Part shown: positions 27,624-35,914 of the stretch, piece by piece
Numbering within the stretch: position 1 is the stretch's first letter
Layout: each line of letters opens with the position of its first letter
Source: Veleropilina oligotropha
Lineage: Eukaryota
Length of the DNA: 64,000 nucleotides
Reading direction: 5' to 3'
Assembly (NCBI GenBank): GCA_048128005.1
Contig: JBEUKZ010000104.1
Coordinates: 62,001-126,000 of the forward strand
Translations under genes and position numbers: made by a program
The notes under the pieces: model-generated
What the model was told of the DNA's origin: nothing
Databases searched by the model: none
Seen by the model: the letters and a program-made list of their open reading frames with translations, nothing else

Positions 27624-29487
27624 TATGCAATGGAGACAGCGATCATTGGAAAAACCTGGTGTAAAATGAAATCCTCCCCTCCCCCCCCCCCCCAGGGGAG
27701 AGAAATTCCTAGGAAATACTCCCCCCCACTAGGAAATTCTCCCCACCCCCGGGTAGGGGGGGTGTAAATTTTCACAAGTGACCGAATCGACCATAATCAA
27801 CTGCACTATGGATTAATTTTTTGTCAAAAAGGAACTTATTTATGCATCGAAGTTAAAATGCTCGATAGATTGCAATATTTAAATTAAATCTTTGTTTACA
27901 AGTACAGACAAATAATTTACACCGATAAGCAAGGATATTATGATTTACCATTCCTGAAAATTTCTTGCGAGTTAAATTTCGGTGAATTTTGCTGAATTTT
28001 ACAAATTAGGAAAACATTTAAACTTTGTCAGATCAGGTTAAATTAAACCATTTACAACCATCAGGTTAAGTGAAAGCATGTCCATATCGTCGTGGAAGGA
28101 AAGCTCGATTGACAGGGGAAACCCATCGTCTCCTACCAGTTACGGACAACTGTGATTTATGACTGAATAAATAATGCTAATATCCCAACCGAGATTCGAA
28201 CAAACTACTATTTGTGTCAGCAGAATCGAGCCAGTGGCAGAGTCTGCAATCGAACATCCCTCTTAGTATTATTTGCAAATTAAAAGTAACTGCATACTGG
28301 ACAAAAGTATTAAATGGTAGAAACTTGCTACACCAAAGAGCTTAGTTATCGCAAATACAACCCACTATAATTTCTGTATTTTTGCCGCTGGACATCAATA
28401 CATAAATTCAAACAATTGATGAACAGCAAAAGCCGCATAAAGATTAAAACGTTTGCAGATTTATCTACGTAGCAACAAGACTGCGATCTAGTTTACTTAA
28501 TATTATTGACTGGTATGCTGTTTACATTTATTTCTATCTACCTTTTACATCACTTTAAAACACTGACTCGACTACTTTGAATAACTGGCATGCGTTCGAA
28601 TCTCGGTCGAGGCATAGGCATTCTTTATTCAGTTATTAGTCTCTATTGATCGTAACCGTCCCATTTTAGCAAACTTCATGGTGATACCAGGAGGTACCCA
28701 TATTATCACAGAAGACTGTTAACTGAACGAAGTGCCCAGTCAAGGATTCGAACACAATGCTGCACGACACATCAGTCAAGGGAGTGAATCGAGGATCCAC
28801 GCTCTCGTCCACTCGTGCCGTGATCTGCATGTAAAGTATGCAAATGATGAAATGTTGAAAATTACACTTCATAGTGGGGGGAGGATTTCCTAGGAAATTC
28901 TCCCCCCCCCCCCCCCCCGAATTTCAACGAAACTGGGACGTGCATTTTTCTAATATTCACAGGATACGTTAAACACATCATAAGGAAGGCTCATGCCAAA
29001 TTAGGAAAAATGTTATAAGACAGTTTTGAGTTATTCACATTTGAAGTCAAAATTTGTCACAGAAGTGGATTTTCGAAGTCCAAAAAAGAACATTTCGGAA
29101 AAACAGCGACGTAGAAGTTCCTAATATTTTCAAGATAAGTTCAGAACATCATAAGGCTCACGCGAAAGTAAAAAAAAGTTATCAGACAGTTTTCAAGATA
29201 TTCACATTTCAAGTCAAAAGTACGGGCCGCTTCGGTAGCGCAGTGGGTAGAGTGTCCACTCTAAATTCACTGGCTTGTTTCCGCTGACGCGAACAGTAGT
29301 GGGATCGACCCCCGGCTGAGGCAGCACACATTTGTTCAAGTTATGAAGCACAGTTGTCCGTGACTGGCCGAAGAGGGCGGGTTTACCCGGTGACCGGGGT
29401 TTCCTCCCGCGATAACACGGACATGTCCTGCCTTGAACCTCGATGTTATAAATATGAGGTTTTAATTTAAACCTAATATTAGTATAA

Positions 29488-29695
29488 AACATACTTACGT
29501 CCTTACTCTTGCCATAATAGTAATATTATCGCTAACCGGAAACAGTGAATAAGTCACATTATGCACTATTAATAAGTCAAAAACGTACCACGGTTACCTC
29601 CCCTGCTCCCCCTCTCCTACGTTCCCCCGCGAGACCTCGCCAAGTCTCGCGAGACTTCTGAACCATAGAAGTCACAAGACCTCAATTCAAAGTTC
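29488..29695. repeat. 3' ITR of A3 (inverse of 36676-36882)
   Basis: Reverse complement of 36676-36882 with no mismatch seen by eye; extended by a unique terminal segment at 29456-29487. Confidence 0.95.
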
Positions 29696-29755
29696 AAAAA
29701 CCACAAAGGAACGTAGTAGAGGGGAGGAATGCGAAACGCAGGGTGGGTAATCGTG

Positions 29756-29845
29756 GTAAGGACGTAAGTATGTTTTATACTAATATTAGGTTTAAATTAA
29801 AACCTCATATGTAGTTACAAACATACTTACGTCCTTACTCTTGCC
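29756..29845. other. Internal complementary region (ICR) of A3
   Basis: First half is the reverse complement of the left terminus and second half of the right terminus, joined at ATAT (29807-29810). Confidence 0.95.
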
Positions 29846-30679
29846 AGAATAACCTTGGATAGGTGGGTAAGACGTTCCTTACAACAAACCCAAACAAGAT
29901 AATGACTTACTTTTCACCAATTCAATCAGCATGAAGCGTCGATTGTGTCCGCCTAGAGTGGAATTTTACTGAGTATTATATTCTACTCTTACCAAGCGAG
30001 AATTTCGACCAGTGTTACCGGGATAATACGCCGTGGTATTAGTCGGACGAGGTGAACGGAAGTGCAATCAGCCCCAGGCACGGCCGGAAGGATAAATCCC
30101 TGTAGGTCTTACGTGTCATGGACCAGTGGCAGCCAAATGGAACTCCGGGCCTATAGGCCGGTAGCCAGAGGATGCAGTCGGATTTGTAAGCACACGGAAC
30201 CTAACAGGTTGTGAAAGCTTTAAATCAAAAGCAAAGAATTAATAGACTATTATAAATAATCGATATTAATAAGTAATTCGCATGACCAACTTGCGAACGC
30301 TAACATGGACGACATGTCACTTAAAATAAATTTTAAGGAAGCAAAAATGTTCGACATGTTACTTAAAAATAAATGTTAAGGAATCAAAAATTTTCAATGT
30401 ATTGAACATCGTATGTTCGATTACAGCAAAGAACATAATAATATTGAACCTCAATCTTTTTTTAAGATTTGTGCAAAATTATAAAAGTTGTTTTATTAAA
30501 TTCAATGTAATCTGGCTGTCAACACTCAGGTCTGACATGAAAGTACAAAATCTTAAAATAGATTTAAGAAATGGACAGACATTGAACTGCCTCATAGGTG
30601 TTAATTTCATAGCACCGTTTGGCCAACAAAAATAAAATGGCGTCAGTAAATATGCAAATGATCAATCAGAGAACAATAC

Positions 30680-33664
30680 TTACTGGTTAGATGACCTCGG
30701 TCTAACAATGCATCTTTGTGCAGCAAAACACTGTAAACTGCTCAAACCATCAGCACCTGTTGAGTAGTCCCGCAGATAATGTTTAACAAACACATTAGCG
30801 TGTTTCCAATAACCTGCTTGAAGTAACGCAGTGATATTCAAACTATGTCGGAAGGCAACAGAAGCAGCAATAGCCCGGACCTCGTGAGCGCGGACCGATA
30901 AAATAGTGCGGTCTTCGTTGTCACAGCGGATGTATACATCTCTCACTGTCTGTGAAATCCACCGCGAAACAGTAGTCCTCGTAATGTCGCGGGTGTAGGT
31001 GGGCAAATACGATATGAATAAACGGAATTTTCCCTGCCGCAAATCACGGGTTCTGTCTAGGTAGAACCGAAGCGCCCGGACCGGGCAATTGAAGCGGTCT
31101 GTGTCGCGCCTTCCGACTAGCGTTAGCTTGGGGATAACAACATCGGGTGCGTCCTCGTTCGGCCGTTGGTTCTTAGCTAGAAAGCCCAGAATAGGACGCA
31201 GTATCACCGACCCGTCTGACTGGAATCGTATATCTCTTAGCTCGGAGGAGAAAGCATGAATCTCGGAACAACGCCTGCCCGACGCTAAGGCGATCAGAAA
31301 AACCGTTTTGTGCGTCAAGTTCCTCATGGTTATCTCGGACATCGGCTCATACGGGGGTAAGAGTAATGCGTTAAGAATAAGTACGATATTCCAAGCAGGT
31401 GGCTTGATTTTCCGGGTCGGTATCTCGAGTTCGTAAGATCGTATAAAATCTGATATCGTTCGGTCGCTTGATAGGCCGGCATGGGCACGACACTGTTTTA
31501 ACGTGGTCGCGATCGTTGCCCGATAGCCTTTGACGGCGGACACTGACATACCGCGGTCGAAGAGCGACGATAAAAACTCGATAAACTTGTTCACAGGGGG
31601 ACGGAGTATATTGACCTGCCTGCTGTGACACCAATCCACGTACTTAACCCATCGGTAGTCATAGACTTTTGTCGTGGAAATCCTTCTCGATCGGTAGATA
31701 CGTAAGGCTGTAGCTTTAGAAAATCCTTTCTTAGCAAGGGATCGTTCGATAACCGCCAGGCGTGTAAACGTAAGTGGTTCGGCGACTCGTGGAGTGCACG
31801 GGTGCGTGGCTGCATTAACAGGTCTAGTTTCTGCGGTAACGCTAACGGTCGATCGACGATCAGATCGAGGAGGGTCGGAAACCAAGGTTGCGTGCGATAC
31901 AGGGGCGCTATTAGCGTTATCTCGCAACGTTCGGTCGCTGCCTTCTGTAATACCAGTGATAGAATGCACGTCGGGGGGAAGGCATACGCGGACAGATTCT
32001 CCCATGTCATTGACAGTGCGTCGACCGCTAGGGCGGCCGGGTCTGGGTACGGGGAGACATACAGAGGTAGTCGGTAATTGAATTCTGTTGCAAACAAATC
32101 GACTTGGGGTTGTGACCACCGGCGACAAACGTCCCGAGCTACTCGGCTGTGTAGCGTCCACTCTGTGTGTATAATCTGTGATTTCCGAGAGAGCGAATCC
32201 GCTCTGACATTCAGCTTTCCCGGGATGTGTCGGGCTCGAATCGTCGAGTTGAGGGACATCACTAAGCGGTGTAGGTCTATTGCTCGGTCGCATAGGGGAC
32301 GCGAGCGAGTGCCGCCCTGGTGCTGTATGTAAGCGACGACAGTCGTGTTGTCCGTGGCGAGCATTATGTGCTTGTTGCGGAGATGTAACGAGAGGGACCG
32401 TACTGACAGGTAGACGGCTTCTAACTCTAGGAAGTTGATATGTCGTCCCTGAAGGTCTGTCGGCCATAGGCCTGATGTCTCGTAACTGTCGAGGTGACCA
32501 CCCCAGCCGTCGTTCGAAGCGTCTGTGAACAGGTAAGCGTTCGGCTCTGGTGGGGATATAGGAACCGACTGGTCCGGCAAAGCGGGGTTCAACCACACTG
32601 CTGTCGTGTCGGTAAACCAATGCCGTAGATCGATGCGATCCGTCCACTGCCCCGTCCGTTGTATCCAGCGATCCCTGAACGCCTGTTGTAACGGTCTTTT
32701 GTCCATGCGACCCGTCGGTAGCAGGGGCGCTACCGACTCGATGTGCCCCAGGACAGTGGCCAGTTGTCGCGCCGTAGTTATGTCCGATGACAGGGTGTCT
32801 TGGATAACCGCGCGTAGGTTCCGCATACGCTTCTGGGTCGGCTTCGCGGTGTACCGGACCGTATCGAAGTCGACTCCGAGGAACGTAAACGTCGTCGAGG
32901 GTACGAAGCAGGATTTTGTCTCGTTGATCTGAAATCCCAGGCGCTTCGTCGATGACAGGGTAAAGCTCGTAGACCGGAGGCACAGATCTCGGGACGCCCC
33001 GAGGATCAGCCAGTCGTCGAGGTACATATGTACCCTGTGCCCTAGAGAGTGTAGGAAGGCCCCTAGGGCCTGTACTGTTCTCGTGAAGACGTACGGGGCT
33101 GGCGATAGACCGAACGGTAGGCACCTGAATTGGTAGATCGTCTCCCCGTGTATAAACCGAAGGTACTGATGAGCCGTGATATGCATCGGGACATGCAGAT
33201 ACGCGTCGGCCAGATCGATAGACGCTGCCCAGTCGCCCGGACGGATGGCCGCTCGAATCTTCGAGAGGGTTTCTTGCTGGAATTTCTCGGTACGAAGATA
33301 TCTGTTTAGATACGAGAGATCGAGGATCGGTCTCCAGCGGCCATCGGGTTTCGGGACCAGGAAGAAATGGCTGTAAAATCCTGGTGTGCTGGGCGGCGCG
33401 GGATATATCGCTCTTTTTAGGAGCAAATCCCGCACTGCCTGGTCTAAGACCGCTTGTTTCTCTCCGTTTAGGAGGCGAGCGTGTCTTGTTGGTGGTGCCT
33501 CGGTTAAGGTCGGATGCCGGTTGAATGCCAACTTGTATCCGGCACTCACGACTAAGTGGACCCAGTTGCTGTCTGTCAGCTCTAGCCACGACTGGCTGTG
33601 TGCTAACAGGCACGCTCCCACCGGCGGAAGCGGGCAACTGGGGCCGTCGCGAATGCCGGCAGCC
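30680..33664 (-). CDS. DIRS tyrosine recombinase ORF; N-terminal ~690 codons overprint pol, in frame with gag
   Basis: Catalytic motifs GRRCSEI, RAHEVR, GYWK, KHYL. Open from directly after the gag TAG, with no AUG for >500 codons. Confidence 0.92.
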   Translation of the reverse strand, partial: GCRHSRRPQLPASAGGSVPVSTQPVVARADRQQLGPLSRECRIQVGIQPASDLNRGTTNKTRSPPKRRETSGLRPGSAGFAPKKSDISRAAQHTRILQPFLPGPETRWPLETDPRSLVSKQISSYREIPARNPLEDSSGHPSGRLGSVYRSGRRVSACPDAYHGSSVPSVYTRGDDLPIQVPTVRSIASPVRLHENSTGPRGLPTLSRAQGTYVPRRLADPRGVPRSVPPVYELYPVIDEAPGISDQRDKILLRTLDDVYVPRSRLRYGPVHREADPEAYAEPTRGYPRHPVIGHNYGATTGHCPGAHRVGSAPATDGSHGQKTVTTGVQGSLDTTDGAVDGSHRSTALVYRHDSSVVEPRFAGPVGSYIPTRAERLPVHRRFERRLGWSPRQLRDIRPMADRPSGTTYQLPRVRSRLPVSTVPLVTSPQQAHNARHGQHDCRRLHTAPGRHSLASPMRPSNRPTPLSDVPQLDDSSPTHPGKAECQSGFALSEITDYTHRVDATQPSSSGRLSPVVTTPSRFVCNRIQLPTTSVCLPVPRPGRPSGRRTVNDMGESVRVCLPPDVHSITGITEGSDRTLRDNANSAPVSHATLVSDPPRSDRRSTVSVTAETRPVNAATHPCTPRVAEPLTFTRLAVIERSLAKKGFSKATALRIYRSRRISTTKVYDYRWVKYVDWCHSRQVNILRPPVNKFIEFLSSLFDRGMSVSAVKGYRATIATTLKQCRAHAGLSSDRTISDFIRSYELEIPTRKIKPPAWNIVLILNALLLPPYEPMSEITMRNLTHKTVFLIALASGRRCSEIHAFSSELRDIRFQSDGSVILRPILGFLAKNQRPNEDAPDVVIPKLTLVGRRDTDRFNCPVRALRFYLDRTRDLRQGKFRLFISYLPTYTRDITRTTVSRWISQTVRDVYIRCDNEDRTILSVRAHEVRAIAASVAFRHSLNITALLQAGYWKHANVFVKHYLRDYSTGADGLSSLQCFAAQRCIVRPRSSNQ

Positions 33665-33669
33665 CTAGG
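31591..33669 (-). CDS. pol: DIRS Pol: reverse transcriptase, RNase H and N6-adenine methyltransferase-like domain
   Basis: WRPILDL, LPFGL, YLDD; FTDAS, LELEAV, TDN, ADSLSR; DLFA...YAFPP. +1 frame relative to gag; the start position is inferred. Confidence 0.95.
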   Translation of the reverse strand, partial: PRAAGIRDGPSCPLPPVGACLLAHSQSWLELTDSNWVHLVVSAGYKLAFNRHPTLTEAPPTRHARLLNGEKQAVLDQAVRDLLLKRAIYPAPPSTPGFYSHFFLVPKPDGRWRPILDLSYLNRYLRTEKFQQETLSKIRAAIRPGDWAASIDLADAYLHVPMHITAHQYLRFIHGETIYQFRCLPFGLSPAPYVFTRTVQALGAFLHSLGHRVHMYLDDWLILGASRDLCLRSTSFTLSSTKRLGFQINETKSCFVPSTTFTFLGVDFDTVRYTAKPTQKRMRNLRAVIQDTLSSDITTARQLATVLGHIESVAPLLPTGRMDKRPLQQAFRDRWIQRTGQWTDRIDLRHWFTDTTAVWLNPALPDQSVPISPPEPNAYLFTDASNDGWGGHLDSYETSGLWPTDLQGRHINFLELEAVYLSVRSLSLHLRNKHIMLATDNTTVVAYIQHQGGTRSRPLCDRAIDLHRLVMSLNSTIRARHIPGKLNVRADSLSRKSQIIHTEWTLHSRVARDVCRRWSQPQVDLFATEFNYRLPLYVSPYPDPAALAVDALSMTWENLSAYAFPPTCILSLVLQKAATERCEITLIAPLYRTQPWFPTLLDLIVDRPLALPQKLDLLMQPRTRALHESPNHLRLHAWRLSNDPLLRKDFLKLQPYVSTDREGFPRQKSMTTDGLSTWIGVTAGRSIYSVPL

Positions 33670-35914
33670 GCCGAGGCTTCCCTCTCCCGCTCTGCTTGCG
33701 GGATTTCGCTGGAGGTGCTTGCCTCTTTGGAGTGGGTTTATTGGCCGGAGGCCTACCACCCGAAGAGGGCTTCGCACGCTTAGAAGGCTTCGGGGCCCGG
33801 GTGGGCCCTGCGCGCTTCCTCGAGTCGGTAGGTGGACCCCGAGTGGGGTGCAGTACTGCCTTCTCGATGGCACGGTCCTTCATGTCCGCCGCTCTCTTGT
33901 CAACGAACTCCGAAAAGTTGTCACCAAAGAGAGTGGTGGCCGAGCAAGGTACACATCGCAACGAGCGCCGGGTGGGCTCGTCCAGCGAGGTACCTTCCAG
34001 GCAAGCATCCCTACGAAGTAGGAGGGCATTGCCCAGGACACGTCCCGTCTCCAACGCGCTGGTCTCCTGCGCGGCAGCAACCTCCTGGAGGAAGGACAGG
34101 GCAGCCTCGGGGGCGCCGGGTCCATCCTCCTGTAGTACGGCTATCGCGCCGTCCAAGAAAAAGTCCTGAACAGACGATAGCCGTAGAGCCCGTCGGGCGG
34201 CGCTCTCGAAAGCTTCCAAGGCGGACCAAGGAACTTTCGCTACGGAGGGAGTGTGACTGGCGGTCAGTCGACGCAACGAAGCGTCCACACGAGCCGGCTC
34301 AGTCGCCAGGCACGGACCAGTGCATTCGAACGGGATCGCTCGAGTACTGGCCTGGAGGTACCTCCCACTACGGAACCCCGAAGGGAACTCGTTCAGCGGG
34401 GAGGACTCCACCGGATTGCGCCCCTGAACGAGCTTGGTGATCGAGTCTACAACCAGATCCACCAGCCCGGACTGAGGTAAGGAGGGGAGCTCGGGGGCTT
34501 CCCTACCAACAAACCGATGTGCTGCCGTCCTATGCTTGGCTACGTCTACAGCCGACCGAGTCGGTTCCGACAAGCCAAGCACCCCGCGAAGTGACGCAAC
34601 GGCGTCGAGCCTTCGGCGGGTGGAGGAGGTCGGCTCCTGCGTGCCTGTAAGACTAATGTCTTCGGGCCCGACCGATTCAGGGAGGTCGGTGTGATTGGAA
34701 CCGAGGTCCTCGTCGGAACGAGGGTCGATGTCCATCACTGAGGCAGGAGCCGTGCTCTGCGCCATGGGCAGATGTGTAGGTACCGGGCGCGGCTCGGGAG
34801 CCGTCGGCCAGGCCTTACACCGTTCCTCGATCCCCGCCGCGATCCATGCCTGGACGTCCTCAAAAGAGAAACCCGGAGGCAGGACGGGCGTTGAACTAAC
34901 AGCCGGTAGTTCAGCCGAGGAAACCGTGGCGCTAGGTAGACGGGCTGCACGGACAGGTGGTACCGAGGACCAGGGTCCACGGGCACTTGTCGAGGGGTCG
35001 AACCCGAAGGACTGGCCCGAAGGCACAGTCAGTGGGCCGGACGACCGATAGGACTGCGGCAACAGTTCTGATCGGTCTACCACTCTGTTCGAGCGAGGCA
35101 CGGACGGAAAACCGCCGTAGAACCCCGTCCCGAACGCAGCCGGTCTGTCCACGTCCTCTAGCGTGACCACGGTGGGTGCACGGGAGAGACCGGGCCCTCT
35201 GAACGTCTCGTGAGCCTCGAGGTTGAGCGGAAAACCCCTAGGGGAAGTCGCGTCGTTCTCGAGCGAGGATTCAGGCGTCGCCAATTGTCCGAGTCTTAGA
35301 CCTACAAGTAGGTGCCCGGCCTCTTTAAAGGCTTTCTCTGCATTGGGTCTGTCCCCGTCGCTAGACGGAGAGTTTCCCGCAGAAGGACTAACTGTCCCCT
35401 TATTCTTCGAGGCCGAAGAATAGGATGGGGATGGTCTGCCCTGTTCAGCTGTTCGCTGCGCTGTCATGTATACCTTGCTAGCCGGCAAGGTATGGCTGAC
35501 TGCAGTTACTAGGCCCGGTTGAGGAGGAACGGTCGACACTCGGGTCTTTACCTGAATCTGGGGTACCGGCAAGGTTTCGGTGACTCCCCGAAGAGTCGCG
35601 GAGGTTTCGCCGGTGGATCCGGCGACAGACGTCCCCTTGTGTCGGCTGTCGTCCAGCGTCCCTGAAGCAGACAATGAAGAAACATTAGGTAACTTACCGG
35701 TCTCTTCCTGACCCTTCTCCGGGGGAGGACCCACCGTGGCAGCCGCCCTGGTCGACTTACCCTGGTGAGACAGAACTGCCCACTGCTTATCTGATAGAAG
35801 AAAGCACAGATCACATTGATGTTGTATACTACAGCTACGGTGAATACGACATTCCTTGTGCCTATCAAATCCGTGAATTTTCTGGTTACACCCGGAGCTA
35901 CTGCACCGGACCAT
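33665..35914 (-). CDS. gag: DIRS Gag-like protein
   Basis: ATG at 35914. N-terminal Cys/His finger (CSSSGC...HKECRIHRSC...CDLC), Pro/Ser-rich middle, C-terminal LLLRRDACL...LFG segment typical of DIRS gag, basic tail. Confidence 0.9.
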   Translation of the reverse strand: MVRCSSSGCNQKIHGFDRHKECRIHRSCSIQHQCDLCFLLSDKQWAVLSHQGKSTRAAATVGPPPEKGQEETGKLPNVSSLSASGTLDDSRHKGTSVAGSTGETSATLRGVTETLPVPQIQVKTRVSTVPPQPGLVTAVSHTLPASKVYMTAQRTAEQGRPSPSYSSASKNKGTVSPSAGNSPSSDGDRPNAEKAFKEAGHLLVGLRLGQLATPESSLENDATSPRGFPLNLEAHETFRGPGLSRAPTVVTLEDVDRPAAFGTGFYGGFPSVPRSNRVVDRSELLPQSYRSSGPLTVPSGQSFGFDPSTSARGPWSSVPPVRAARLPSATVSSAELPAVSSTPVLPPGFSFEDVQAWIAAGIEERCKAWPTAPEPRPVPTHLPMAQSTAPASVMDIDPRSDEDLGSNHTDLPESVGPEDISLTGTQEPTSSTRRRLDAVASLRGVLGLSEPTRSAVDVAKHRTAAHRFVGREAPELPSLPQSGLVDLVVDSITKLVQGRNPVESSPLNEFPSGFRSGRYLQASTRAIPFECTGPCLATEPARVDASLRRLTASHTPSVAKVPWSALEAFESAARRALRLSSVQDFFLDGAIAVLQEDGPGAPEAALSFLQEVAAAQETSALETGRVLGNALLLRRDACLEGTSLDEPTRRSLRCVPCSATTLFGDNFSEFVDKRAADMKDRAIEKAVLHPTRGPPTDSRKRAGPTRAPKPSKRAKPSSGGRPPANKPTPKRQAPPAKSRKQSGRGKPRP

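Noticed and set aside
29850..30300. Self-cleaving ribozyme in the DIRS 3' region
   Set aside because: No CUGANGA/GAAA hammerhead core or convincing HDV fold found by eye; a covariance-model search would be needed.
30680..31800. Phage integrase or prophage interpretation
   Set aside because: The recombinase sits with gag, RT/RNase H, ITRs and an ICR in intron-containing animal DNA, which is standard DIRS architecture.
31700..32170. Adenine methyltransferase-like domain as a novelty
   Set aside because: An MT-like domain after RNase H is an established feature of DIRS elements.
31794..35512. Plus-strand ORFs antisense to DIRS genes
   Set aside because: Short GC-rich shadow frames with no motifs; recurrence across copies only reflects copy identity.
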